Of a stretch of 64,000 nucleotides of DNA, positions 12,235 to 24,880 are shown one piece after another (position 1 is the first letter of the stretch; every line of letters starts with the position of its first letter). The notes under the pieces are model-generated. The model did not search any database, was not told the DNA's origin, and saw only the letters and a list, made by a program, of their open reading frames with translations. Source of the stretch: Vicugna vicugna (taxonomy: Eukaryota); assembly GCA_013265495.1 (NCBI GenBank), contig MU058384.1, positions 3,829,239 through 3,893,238 of the forward strand. Direction: 5' to 3'. The position numbers and the translations under genes are program-made.

Positions 12235-13112
12235 AATTAATTGTCTTCTCCCCAAACCTGTTCCACCCACACTATTCTCTGTCTCAGCTGGCCACTCCAG
12301 ACTTAGAGTTGTTCATGGCACTTCTCTCACTCCAACTCAATCCACTGAGGAAACCTATTAGTTCTGCCCTCAGAATGTGTCCAGATCTGGACCAGTTCCT
12401 CACGGCCTCCACGGCTACCACCTGGCTCACCTCTCACCTTCATGGCCTCAGTATCCTGTTCCCCCTGTTTCTACTCTTGCCCCTACTGTCTACCCTCAAC
12501 ACACAGCCAGACAGATCCTTTAAAAACATAAATCAAGTCCTGTCACTCAGAGATCTCGATGGCTTTCTGTTTTCTGAGTAAACAAACACCAGAGCCCTTC
12601 CAATGGTGGACAAGGCTCTGACCTACTCGGAGCCCATTACCTTTCTGACCCGGTTTCTACTCTTCCCCACCTGGCTCACTCTTGCACCTGAAACACAGGC
12701 CTTCCTGCACTTCATTGCACCAGGTGGGTCCTGCTGCAGGGCTTTTGTACATGCTTTTCCTTCTGTAACACTCTTCTCCCAGCTATCTGCGTGGCTAAGT
12801 CCCCTTGCACGCCTTCAAGTGTAAACTCAGATATCATCTCAGTGAGGCCTGTGACCACCCTGATTCCCATGGCAGCCCTCCCCTGAGCACTTCTGATCTT
12901 CATCCCCTACTTTTTTTTTTAATCATAACACATCACTTTCTAATGTATCATATAGTTTACTTATTTATAATGTTATACTTTGTTGTCTGTCTCCCACTTC
13001 AAAAATGTAAGCCCCCGGAGCCCAGGGATTTCTGTCTATTTAGGTCCCTGCTATATTATGAGTGCCTGGCCCATTGTAGGCCCTCAGTATAGATCTACTA
13101 AATGAATGAGTG
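12235..13112 (+). mobile_element. L2 3' part
   Basis: cctcaacacacagccagacagatcctttaaaacataaatca...cagggcttttgtacatgct...tgcctggcccattgtaggccctcagt...aaatgaatga (L2 3' terminus). Confidence 0.8.
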
Positions 13113-15153
13113 GATGTAGAGTGACATCAAAGTGTAAGCTTTTAGTCACTAACTTGTAGTGGCTCCCCAGCTGGTTGTAGTGGCAAAAAAATTCTAAAAT
13201 AGATAATTTTAAGGTAATTTTTTAAATGTTAATGAAGATATATGAAGTATGGGTTTTAGCTTTAATACTCTCACTTGTTTTCTTTAGTCTAATGTTCAGA
13301 TTGGCTTGCATCTTCATTATCCAGCTCTGTAAATCTCTTTATATAAAACATTGTGTCGCCCTTGTGGAGTGAAGAGAGCAGATTTGAACGCATGACTAAA
13401 CCTGCTGTTGTTTTTTTTTTTTTGCTCTATGGGGGATAAACATAATTGGCAGATACCACTCTTTGAAATATTATCTGATGAATACAAATTTTGCATAATT
13501 TATTGTTAAGATATTACTTGAATTTTCCAATTTAAAAATTTCACTATTTTTGGTCAGTTTTAATTCCTACTCAGATATTAATACAATTTAAATTATTTCA
13601 TCAATTCTGTTTTAGATCCAGAGAGGTAATAAAAGAGTGGTAGACTTCAGCCTGTATTTTCTAAATGACTACTTGAGTTTTATTTACATTATAAAACATT
13701 ACACTTTGGGGGAAGCTATAAAGAGAAATCATAACAATTTTCTACTCAAGGCAGGTGATTTGAGGAGCATGGTTACCTTTTCCTTCGCCAGGTGAAATAC
13801 TTCCCTCCAGTAATGTTACTGCTTTAAGTTGAGAGCAGACACGTGGAGCTGTATATGAGCATGAACACGAGCTACTGTCATGTTATGATGATGTCTGGAG
13901 GATAAACCTGGTAGGATGACAATGCTGGACAAAAATAATACACTTTTCCTTATTTTTATAAACACAGCCAATATCTATCCTTTGATAGTGGGTTTCATAG
14001 GACCTGTTTAGAGGAGATTTGTGTAGCAGTTTTCGCTTGTAAATCAGGCATGGAGCAGTCATAAAAGGTGTTGCCTGAAATTTATTACACTGTCTGTCAC
14101 TTTGGTCATGAATCAAGTAACACTGAAGTAGGCCTTTTGGCAAATGCCACAGGATTTGATGTAATTCATTGTGGCACCTTGGATGGGTTCCTGTTCACTG
14201 ATTATATCATTTGTGTGAGTATATCAGAAGCTGGTTGGTATGACAATTATCTGTTCCTGTTCACACCCCTGACTCACTGCTGGACGTTGAGAAATCACTC
14301 CAGACTAAAAGTAAAAACTTAGCCTCTAGTTTGAGCCAATGAGACAGTTGCAGTTGAGTATTCACCTGGGATATACCAGGCAGAACTAGAACCAGGGGTT
14401 ATTGGCCCCCACTTAATGCTCTTTCCATCATACCACACTCTTCAACTCTCTGATTCCATGCAGCCTTTTAAATCTCTATATTCATTTTATTCTTCTTCAC
14501 TCTGGTGATTTGTCTGTACTGATGGCTCGTGACCTGTCTTTGACCCATTAAATCTGTTATTCCGTGGACCACAGGCACGCAGCAGAAACTGCATGTTTGA
14601 TTAACAGAATAAGGTACACCAAAAATTATTTACATTATATTTAACAGTGGCTTTCAGGATCTTAATGCTTTAAGGATTAAGAAAGAAGAATGAAAACAGA
14701 AGAACTAAGCATTTAACCAGGAATTGAGACTGAGGAAATGGATGAGTGACCTAGATTTTTCCTAGAAAAGTCTGGAAGTATACATAAAGGGAGTCTTTAT
14801 GTATTTGAAAAACTGATTACAGAAAATGTGTGTTAATGTATTTTCTGTTATTCTCAAACAACTGTTAGAAGTTTCTAAGTTTCCCAATGAAATGATGCCT
14901 CAATTATTCTCTACTATGTAGGAAATGATAAAATATCTATTCATAAACAGATAATATTAGTAAACTATTTTTATCACGAATAAGATCCATTACAAAAACT
15001 GCTATTTCTCCTTTTATTAGCAGAGAAAACTGGAACTCAAAGATGAGATATTAAGACCTGAATCATGCTTTTAAAGTTGTCTCATTTACATAAAGAAATT
15101 GAAAGTGATTAGATGTTCAGTCTATTAGATGTTCATCAGTTTTCTCTTCTTAA

Positions 15154-15357
<204 letters not shown>

Positions 15358-16444
15358 TAAATGTCTTAAAAACCAATGGTTAAAGCTCTTTATAGCTTCT
15401 GGATGATCCATGTGTGTATGTCATATTTTTTTTTAGGCAAAAGGAAAGGGACCTAAGTAAGCATGGTCCAAGATCTAAAGTTCCAGATTCACTCCCCTCG
15501 GTCAGCACCTGTGCTTCACGTGGAGAGTCTCTCTCCACATTAGTTTTCTCGACTATCAAATGAGATTCAACATAACTGCCTTTGACCACCTTTTCACAAT
15601 ACAGGATAAATAACACACCACTCCACGGAAGATGATTTAAGCTCTTTGAGAAACTCAGTCTGAAAAATCTTCCACTAAGGGAGATATAAAAACATTTTTT
15701 TTATCCATGTAGGTATTAAAAAAAATTTTCCTTTACTCTATCATAATAGTTGGAAGTCTCCATAGATAAAAGGGTACAATTGCTATTTTCAGTACATTAA
15801 TCTTATTTTCATATATATACTCTTCTAGCCAGTTAATATGCCCATTGGTAACTCTTTACAGAATGGGAAAGGAAATAGCCCCATCTCTCAAAATAGGGAG
15901 CCCCTGAGATGGAAATAGGCCTGAGAGAGCCTAGAGGCCACAGCTTCAACATCCAGGGACTGGGCAAAGCAGTGACCTGGCTCTGAGTCCCTGCAGCCCT
16001 CACCTGCCACTCCACGAAGCCAGAAAAACAGTGAAACCGACATCCATTTCCCAGGAAGGAAAGCTTACATGTCTGCTAGTCTCTAAGGCAGAGGACTTCT
16101 GATCACAATGTGTTATTCCTTTGCCTGTCATGGACCATGTTTCTAGCACTTACTCCGTTTGTGAATAGCCTCTTGTGAGGGGCCATGTGTTACATACCTT
16201 CTGTTTTTGTATAAAGTGTGGTTTACTTTAAGCGTGGAGACAGTCTGATGAGACACTGCTGGTACAGAAATGAATAGTGTATCCAAAACTGAGAGAATGA
16301 TGAGAGCTGCCTTTCTTGACATGAATGGATGTCTTTCTCTTCTTGGGCAATCTTTCAAGTTTTCACCAATCTCTAGGACTTCACTCTGAAATGCTCTTCT
16401 GTTACCCATCGATGCCGGATTATTATACAGCATGCTTTAGACGA

Positions 16445-16680
16445 AATAGCATACTCTGGCACTGATTTGCAGTGTTTGAATCCAGGCTCCAACACAGTCA
16501 AGCTATTTGATGGCTTTGAGCAAATTACTAAACCTTCTTGTACCTCAGTTTCCCCATCTGTAAAATGGGTATAAACATTGTTCCTATCTAATGCAGGTTT
16601 TTGAGGAGTATATGCAATAATATGTGCAAAGCACTTAGAACAGTGTCTGGCACATAGGTGGTGCTTTATAATTATTACAA
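16445..16680 (+). mobile_element. MIR SINE
   Basis: tacctcagtttccccatctgtaaaatggg...aaagcacttagaacagtgtctggcacatag. Confidence 0.85.
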
Positions 16681-17361
16681 ATAATTATATTATTATATAA
16701 GAATAAATTAGTATAAGCTATTTGATAACAGAAAAAGATTCCCCTAGGAAATTTTCTCTGTACTAAATTCATGAAAACATTATTGAAAAAAATTAGAATG
16801 ACAGCAAGAAGAAAGTTCTCACTGGTATAAAAATAGAGTTTGTTTAATTTTAAGTATTTTCAAATATCTGTTTTAGCATAGGCACTTTGAGACAGGGAAA
16901 ATGTTCACAAATCATGGCAGAGGAGAAACAACACATGCTTTAAGCCAAAATGTTCAAATCCCACATCTGCCTTTTCATAAGCATGTAACCTCACCCCTGT
17001 AAGCCTCATTTTCCTTGTTGCTGTAACAAGGATAATATTTAATCCACTGGGTTGCTGGGAGGATTCAGTGAGATTCATAAATGGAAAAAGCCAAGCAGAA
17101 ACCTTCGAGGGTGGAATAATTATCTCATAGTGCCGTCTACTGTCCTAAAATAATTACTGTGCTTATGTCATTGATCAAGTTACAAAGGTACTCGGGAAAC
17201 TTTCCATAATCTACAGAAAACAAGTCCTTTCTCACTTTGAGAAAAGCCATGAGTTTGAAGTATATGATAAATGATCTTGTTGCATTAGGTGACCGGGTTA
17301 TGGAACCCAGAGCTCATGAGATGAGATGGTCACTCAGAAGTCACATTGTGCTGTGTCTTAG

Positions 17362-17539
17362 GTGGGAATGTTTAAAGTCCACCCCGAGATCCCAGAGTCC
17401 ATGTCAGCAGAGGCCAAGGCGTTCATACTGAAATGTTTTGAACCAGACCCTGACAAGAGAGACTGTGCTAACGACTTGCTTTTGGATGAGTTCTTAAAAG
17501 TTTCAAGCAAAAAGAAAAAGACACAACCGAAGCTTTCAG
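17362..17539 (+). CDS. MAP3K5: MAP3K5 exon (~20): end of the kinase domain
   Basis: gtcttag| ... G|gtatgt. Translates [59 protein letters not shown]. Confidence 0.97.
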
Positions 17540-17965
17540 GTATGTGCTTACATTGAAGGGGGTATAGGTCAGGGTCACTAAATCCTAAACTAAAAGGAAA
17601 GATTTTTCCAGAAGTAAGCTAATTTGTTTAAAGATATCATTGAAAATTGGCATCAGGAAGCTGTGTTACCATCAATTTCACAAATATTAGGGCCTCACAC
17701 ATAATGGTCTTCCATCACGTGTTTAGTAGGGAATTTGTATATCAGCATCGATATTCTAGCACTGCTGATGCAAAGATTGAAGTATAAAGGGGTGAAAATA
17801 TAGTCTTTTCAAGCTGAAACTCCAAACTCCCACTGGTGGGCTACAGGGCTATAACAGAGCTGTTAAACTTCTAAGCCATCTAGATAATATGTTCTTTTAA
17901 GTTTAGGCAGTAGAAAATACCCATCACCTTTTAGAGAATATCTTTCTGAATAATTAACCTCCACA

Positions 17966-18003
17966 AAAAAAAAAAAAAAGAAGAAGAAAGAAAGAAAGAG
18001 AAG
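17966..18003. repeat. A-rich / (GAAA)n simple repeat
   Basis: Seen directly. Confidence 0.85.
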
Positions 18004-18273
18004 ATTGCCAGTTATAAATAAAACAGCAGGGTGAAAATCTAAAGTATCTTTTCCGAATAATTTCCATAACTCATTTCAGAAAGAAAAAGCAAGTAAACAA
18101 TTCATTTGTTGTTGGCATTTTTAGTGTTTACGTGGGATGAGATGGGCAGATTGAATGTTTGGAAAAGGACATTGATCCTACTTCAAGCATTCGCTTCACT
18201 TTTGGTTGATTTCTCAGTTTAACAACAAACCCAGTGCGTGCTTATGTTGCCGTGTTTGCTTCTCTTTCCACAG

Positions 18274-18294
18274 CTCTTTCAGCTGGATCAAATG
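18274..18294 (+). CDS. MAP3K5: MAP3K5 21-nt microexon (~21)
   Basis: tctctttccacag|CTCTTTCAGCTGGATCAAATG|gtgagt. Supplies (A)LSAGSN(E), which ASK1 has between QPKLS and EYLRSISLP; phase 1-1. Confidence 0.93.
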
Positions 18295-20266
18295 GTGAGT
18301 TTATTTTTATGTTGTCCATTGAGCTGAAGCTTGGTGCATCAGGAGATGAGCTCTAGATTTCCTATCACAGAGCCTCATCCTCTGCTCCTTGCTTACAGGT
18401 GGGAATGAGGGCGGGAGCTCCTGGATACTAAGGTTGCTAGGGATGCAAACCTGGTGGGCTCATTCCTTCAGAAACCCCTCCCCTTTCTCCTTCATGAGAG
18501 AGGCTTCCACTGCTCCCTTCTAAATGCAAGATGGTGACTGTATTTTGAAATCTTCAGTTTGAGAGGAGTCCATGCTCCCTTGTCTAGAAGATAGTTGGCC
18601 ACCTCACGGATTTCTTGTGGAAAATTTCCATGCCAGACACCTTCCTCTGTCATCTTCGGCATCCTATAGTCTCTTGGTTTTTAGTTGGTCAGGACTAAGT
18701 TGTGTTTTTGCTTTTCAGTGTTGGCCTTTGCAGATCATAACTAGGAAGGTAAATTTGCTCTGGGAAGATCAACTGATACATTTCAAAGAATAGTAAAGAA
18801 ATGACCGTGGTTTGGGATTTTCCTAAGTTGGATGAGTTGTTGATCAAATAGGCAGGGGGCTTAATGTTTGCTGTGAGCCAAATGTGCACTCTCCCACAGG
18901 CCAGGGAGAGGGTTTTTCAGGTTCTTCGGGGGCTCAAAGCCAGTCAGCCCAGAGTAGAGGCCCAGTAATCGGGGTTTCTTGGCCACAGTCTCTCCAGTTT
19001 TCTTCTGTCAATTCCAAGAGTCAGAGAACTCTGTGAAGAGAGGAACCCTCTCCCTTCCCTCATTTCTTCACAAGCTGCCTCGACCCTGGAAGGCAGTCAT
19101 TGCCTTTTCACCAGGCAGACCCTGGGGTGCTCCACAGCCTTCTGACCAGCCTGTTTTGAATGTCATAAAATGGGCACTGACTTTGGACTTACGCAGAAGT
19201 CGGTTCTGATCCCAACTGAGCCACTTTCTAAATATGTGACTTGCAGCAGTTTACTTGTTTCATCAGGCGTTCTGTGCTGGTAGCAGTACCTAAGGCCCAG
19301 ATTTGGTTCTGAGAACCAAAATGTAATATAGATCCCCAAAGGGACTAGAGCTATGCCCAGAAGCGCAGTCCACGATAGCTTTATCTCTTCCACATGGCTA
19401 GGTTTTTGTTGCCAGGAAGCAGGTTCCCATCACACACACACTTAAATTATGTGGACTCAGCTCCACACACTTGGTGAGAGAGAGCTCTAGAGAGAGAATT
19501 TAAGCTGACAGTTCTGCCCACAAGCCTTCCCGGTGAGCATGGGCCTTAGGACAAGCACAAGATGGGAAGGGATCCCTCTGCTGAACTCTGAGGCACCTTC
19601 CCCATGTGCCCTCCCACCCTCCATGCTTAGGGTAATTCAAGAGCATCTGGGACTCTGCTCTGGCTTTAGAGTCCAACTTTACCTACAATTTTTAAAATCT
19701 AAAGATTTTATGGAATCAGAATTAAGAGGAAGGGCATTGGGGTCAGAGCTGGATTCACTCGTTGACTGGGTGTCCTTGGAAATGGCTTACCATTAGTCAC
19801 CTCATCTATCCAGTGGGTTCAGTTAGACAACCTACACATGGTGTTCTGTGAGGATTAAATATGGAGACATAAACGTGAGATGCTCAGCAACTGCTGCAGG
19901 TGGTCACTATGACCGTCATTTCTGGTCTCATCTTCCCTGGCCTGCCCGTGCCCAGCCACTGGGTGGCTCAGAATTGTAGACCACAGCCCACAAGTCCTCT
20001 CTCCTTTCTCTAAAGACCCTCCTGTTCCTTCTCACTCAGAACATCTCCCAGGCTTCCTGAATTCTCTAGGGTTTTTTTTTTTTTTTTTACCTCCTAGTGA
20101 CCCATCCCTCTCTGTTTTGCCCCCTTGGCGTGAGACGTTGATTTGTTTGATAAAGATGTTTCTGGCAACAATTACCTATTTTAAAACCAGTATTTGATGA
20201 AATGTAGGCGCCTCCTATTGTGCCAATTCAGTTTCCATCAGAATAAAATAAAAGCATACATCTGTA

Positions 20267-20398
20267 GGGACGGAGGAGATAGCTCAGTGGTAGAGTGCGT
20301 GCTTGGCATGCATGAGGTCCTGAGTTCAATCCCCAGTACCACCACTAAATAAATAAATAAACCTAATTACCTAGCCCCCCAATTAAAAATAAATAAAG
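20267..20398 (+). mobile_element. Camelid tRNA-derived SINE (Vic-1-like)
   Basis: A box tagctcagtggtaga, B box gagttcaatccc, (TAAA)n and A tail. TSD AAAAGCATACATCT at 20250-20263 and 20399-20412. Confidence 0.9.
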
Positions 20399-21045
20399 AA
20401 AAGCATACATCTTCTATAGAATTATAATGTCTGAGAACTGAGAAAGACCTCAGAGATCATCTAGTCCATTGGTTTCCAAAATCTGTATTTAGCGAAGAGC
20501 CTTTTTTAATGAATCCTTAAGTAGAGCCTTGCTATATGACGGGAAGAACATATTTAATTTAGGTGAAACAGGGTTGGAACCTCTGTTCTAGAATCACAGG
20601 ATCCTACTCACTCACTCCATCCAAGACAGCCCCAAGATCTTAAACCTCTGAAGAATGTGGCTTAAAAATTATGAATCTGGTCCTTTATTTTGTAGGTGTG
20701 AAAACTAAGACCCGTAAATGACCTTCCTAAACTCTGATAGGTAGATCATAAAAATAAAGGGATGAGAAGCCAGAACTACTGAGCCTGGTGCTTCCTCCAG
20801 TTTCACGCCCCCAGGATACTCCTTTCAGGACCCAGGAGGCCCTGTCCTCCCGGACCACCTGCGTGGGTTGTACTGAGCCCAGGAACAATCGTGATCCCGC
20901 AACCAGCCTCCCACGTAGCATGACTTTGCTGCTTAGTGGAACGAGACACTTGACACATAATCTTGCTGCCTCTCAATAGGCGTTTCAGTACGTGCGTGTT
21001 TTTGGAAGCGTTAATCATCCTCTCCCCACCTCTTGTGACATGCAG

Positions 21046-21223
21046 AGTATCTCAGGAGTATCTCGTTGCCGGTCCCTGTCCTGGTGGAGGACACCAGCAG
21101 CAGCAGTGAGTACGGCTCAGTTTCTCCGGACACGGAGTTAAAGGTGGACCCCTTCTCTTTCAAAACAAGAGCCAAGTCCTGCGGAGAAAGAGATGTCAAA
21201 GGCATAAGGACGCTCTTTCTGGG
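21046..21223 (+). CDS. MAP3K5: MAP3K5 exon (~22): 14-3-3-binding RSISLP motif
   Basis: catgcag| ... GG|gtaaag. Translates (E)YLRSISLPVPVLVEDTSSSSEYGSVSPDTELKVDPFSFKTRAKSCGERDVKGIRTLFL(G). Confidence 0.96.
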
Positions 21224-21313
21224 GTAAAGACCTGACTTACTTTGGGTCAGAGAAGTATGCTGTGTGTTGTTTTATAAAGGAAATTGTAATCTGTGCTGTG
21301 TGAATTATTACAG

Positions 21314-21482
21314 CATCCCCGATGAAAATTTTGAAGATCACAGTGCACCACCGTCTCCTGAAGAAAAAGATTCCGGATTCTTTATGCTGAGGAAGGACAG
21401 TGAGAGACGGGCCACGCTTCACAGGATCCTGACAGAAGACCAAGACAAAGTTGTGAGAAACTTAATGGAATCTTTGGCTCAG
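21314..21482 (+). CDS. MAP3K5: MAP3K5 exon (~23)
   Basis: ttacag| ... CAG|gtaaaa, after a 90-nt intron. Translates IPDENFEDHSAPPSPEEKDSGFFMLRKDSERRATLHRILTEDQDKVVRNLMESLAQ. Confidence 0.96.
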
Positions 21483-21666
21483 GTAAAACCTCTCATGGAG
21501 ACTGTTTCTCCAGAGTTTACATATTTTAGCTGTGCTGTAACCACTTGGAACTGTCAAAGGTGACGTGGCGACGTGAGGGAGCTGCCGTCCTCCTGATGAT
21601 AACAAACGTACCCTGGGAGCAAGCAAATCCCTAACACAGAAACTATGTTAGTGAACATAAGCTATT

Positions 21667-21800
21667 TGGTGGGGTGGTTATTAGGTTTATCTATTATTAT
21701 TATTATTTTAATGGAGGTACTGGGGATTGAACCCAGGACCTTGTGCATGCTAAGCACGTGCTCTACCACTAAGCTGTACCACTCCCCCTACCTCCACCAA
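21667..21800 (-). mobile_element. Camelid tRNA-derived SINE (Vic-1-like)
   Basis: ggaggtactggggattgaacccaggacc...ctctaccactaagct. TSD GAACATAAGCTATT at 21653-21666 and 21801-21814. Confidence 0.9.
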
Positions 21801-22143
21801 GAACATAAGCTATTCTGAAGTCAGAAGCAAAATGTTCCTGTTGATAAAAAGTTGCAGCTGGTCCCTAACAAGCCTTTTCACCCTTCATTCATTTATACTC
21901 ATTCAGTCAATAAACATGCATTGAGCCATGTGAATTGCTAATTTTGACATTAGCCTGAGGCCACCTGCCATTGGCTCCTCTGAGCTTTTGGGAAACATTA
22001 CGAATCCAGTGGCAACGCCTGTGCTTGGAGTGCTACGTTCAGGTGGAGGGTGAAGGGCACTAATAAGTAAATTACACAGTGTGCTGGGAGGCCACACACG
22101 CTATGGAAAACCAAAGCCGGTCAGTCAAACTCTTGTTCCCTGG

Positions 22144-22527
22144 TGTACTTGTTTGCTAAGCTGCCATAACAAAATGCCTTAGATTCCGTAGCTTAAACAA
22201 CAGAAATTTCTTTCTCACAGATCTGGAAGCTGAAAGTCTAAGAGCAGGGTGCTGGCAGGTTTGATTTCTCCTGAGGCCTCTCTCCTCGGCTCGCTGATGG
22301 CCACCTTATTGCTGGGTTCTCACCTGGTCTTCTCTGTGTGCCCTTGCTGTCTCTTCCTCCTCTTATAAGGACACTAGTCCTATTGGGTTAGAGCCCAACC
22401 TTTATGACTTCACTTAACCTTAATTACCTCCTAAAGACCCTCTTTCCAAGCACAGTCTCATGAGAGTTGGGGCTTCAACATATGAATTGGGGGTGGGGTG
22501 GAGCAATGACACAGTTTAGTCATAAAA
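22144..22527 (-). mobile_element. MLT1A-like solo LTR (MaLR)
   Basis: ctgccataacaaaat...gcttaaacaacagaaattt..tctcacag..ctggaagctg...cttataaggacactagtc...cttcaacatatgaatt; near full length. Confidence 0.85.
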
Positions 22528-23414
22528 CCTGGGAAAATGTATTCCCTGGGATTCTGCTTACAGAAATGAGGAAGACTCCATTCCCAACTCTGCCCCGGTG
22601 CAAATAGGGTTTCGCTCAGCTCCAAGCGGCGGGTGATGCCTCCTGTGTGAGAGCAGAAGCGCAAGCCTCCTGTGGGCGTAAGCCTCGCAGACACGCCTGG
22701 CCCAGATGTAACCCTTGCCTCTTCTTTTAGTTCTGTGGGTGTCAGGGACTTGTGAACCTGCTTCAGCACCTGTGGCCACCACCTGTCATCCGTGATCACT
22801 GTAGATGACACATAACTTCTTCCCTCCCTCCTCTCCTAGAAAAGTTTTGAGCTGGAAGTAGGGAGGGTCAAGTTTTAGCCTCAGTGCAGCAGGTTACATG
22901 GTCTCAGTTTTTACTGGAATGGAAACAGAGCCGAGCTCTCTCTCACCTGCTTGTCTTTGTCTTGAGAACCCCACTAAGTTTCTCTGCTGACTCCATCACC
23001 TTAGGAATTCTCTAATGTCCATGTCTTTAGATCCCATAGGAGGAGTTGAAATGCCGTGTGTGTGCCTGCAGGGTCTCTGGGTACATGGAGAACTGAAATA
23101 ATCATCTTCTATGCTTTCTGGGAAAACCCTGACTTGGGTCCTAAAGAGAAGCTGCCTCCAGCAGGGACCCTGAGACCCGGGAAGGAGGTGCTTTGGGATG
23201 AGGGCACCCAGGCCTCTGAGTTGGGGTTAGGATGTGGCACAGGAATAAGGAGATGTGGAGGAGACAGGAGAGGTCTTGAACTTTTAGCTGTCACTCTTGC
23301 CTTTCCATCTGCTCTCTGGAGTCATTGAGGACTGAAATTGGATGGCATAAGTTAAGAAGAGGAACCATGTTTCATTGGAGGGAGCAACTAACTGGGCAGC
23401 AGTTGGAGGTCATC

Positions 23415-23560
23415 CAATCATTCATTCATTCAACAAACACTTACTAAACATCTACTAGCTACCAGGCACTGTTCTATGTGCTGGGGTGACACTACAGTGA
23501 ACAAAGTGGAAAAAAAAAAATGTCTGCCTCCCATTGAAACCAATGTTCGAGTCAAGGGAA
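23415..23560 (-). mobile_element. L2 3' end
   Basis: tcattcattcattcaacaaacacttact...ccaggcactgttcta. Confidence 0.75.
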
Positions 23561-23593
23561 AAAGCAATAAAAAATTAGTAAAGACTTAGATGA

Positions 23594-23690
23594 ATATATA
23601 GTAACAAATATAGTTAAATATATAGTTATATGTTACTCTATACTATATATGTTATATATATATATATTACTATATATGCTAAATATATAG
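23594..23690. repeat. (TA)-rich low-complexity repeat
   Basis: Seen directly. Confidence 0.8.
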
Positions 23691-23699
23691 TCATGACAG

Positions 23700-23915
23700 C
23701 AAACACTTTCTATGGGCCAGGTATTATTCTTAGTATTTCTTATGTCTCTACTCACTTAATCCTGGTGACAACAGCACCACAGCAGTGGTTCTGTTAGTAT
23801 CTTCCTTTTGCAGAGGAGGACACAGAGGCGCAAAGGAGTGGAGTAACTTGCCGAGGCCATGCAATGGAGTCGGGATTTGGACCCAGGCAGTCTGGCTGCA
23901 GGGTCTGTGCTCTCG
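23700..23915 (-). mobile_element. MIR SINE
   Basis: ttttgcagaggaggacacagaggcgcaaag...gtaacttgccgaggcca...gggatttggacccaggcagtctggct. Confidence 0.8.
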
Positions 23916-24659
23916 AGCCCCACATCGCTCTCCTCCCTGGTGTACCAGATGGTGACAAGTGCTGGAGAAGAACAGAGTAGGGGAGGGGACAGGGCTTGGG
24001 TTATGGGAGGAAATCTCCAGTAGCCACTGTGGAGTGAAGGCTTTTCCTATGGCTACCGGTGTTAAGATGCCTGTTTTAGGTTAGAAACATAAAGCGCAGG
24101 GATCACCTAAATCCCGTAATCATCCCCAGTGGGTGTGCTTTTCCAGCACAGAAAGTGTCTGCTTGTTTGAGGGTCTTCTTTGTCTCCCTGCTGGACTATA
24201 GGTCCATGAGGGCAGGGACTGCCTTGGTCATTGTCATTTCCCAGCCCTCAGCAAAGAGCCTGGCAGAAGACTTCACTCCCATGACTGTGCTGAAATGCTT
24301 AAATTTTGGAGTTGATTAACCCTATTCAAGTGTTTGTGTCTTCCTAGTTTTTTAAGGCATGCTCGAATGTTTTCTGTAAAAGGAGAAAGGAAAGAAAAAC
24401 TTCAAAGAAACTATCGGAGAGCATGCCGTGGTGTACGAGCATGAAGTAACCAGTGAGGACCAGAAACTGCTGGTTAGCATCGCTTAGTAAATCCAGAATC
24501 GTCAAGTGACAGACAGGGTCCTTTTGACTGTGCTGCTGGGGATGCCGTGAATTGTGTCCCGGGACATCACACGGTGATCTTGTGGTAGAGCAGGCAAGTC
24601 CTGACCCAGGTTTACTGCTGGTTAACCAGCTAATTGGGGCAGTAGAAAGCAATGATTAG

Positions 24660-24880
24660 GAGCTTGAGCTCAGCCTCAACTTGCCTCTGAGGCCTGGTTC
24701 CACCACTTTACGGCTGTGTGATTTGGGCAAGTTATTAAACCTCTCCGAGGCTGAATTTCCTAATCCATAAAATAGAGGAAACAATGGTATTTACCTCACA
24801 GGGTTGCAGCAAGGAGTAAGTAAGATCGTGAGTCATTGAGACAATCATTGAAAGTGTTCCACAAATGTTAACTACTACTG
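24660..24880 (+). mobile_element. MIR SINE
   Basis: ggctgtgtgatttgggcaagttattaaacctctc...tacctcacagggttg. Confidence 0.8.

Noticed and set aside
20267..20345. tRNA-like sequence with A and B boxes
   Set aside because: It has an A-rich tail, a TSD and several diverged copies nearby, so it is a tRNA-derived SINE, not a tRNA gene.
21224..21313. 90-nt intron (multiple of 3) as an in-frame retained intron
   Set aside because: Retention reads CTG GGG TAA, an immediate stop.
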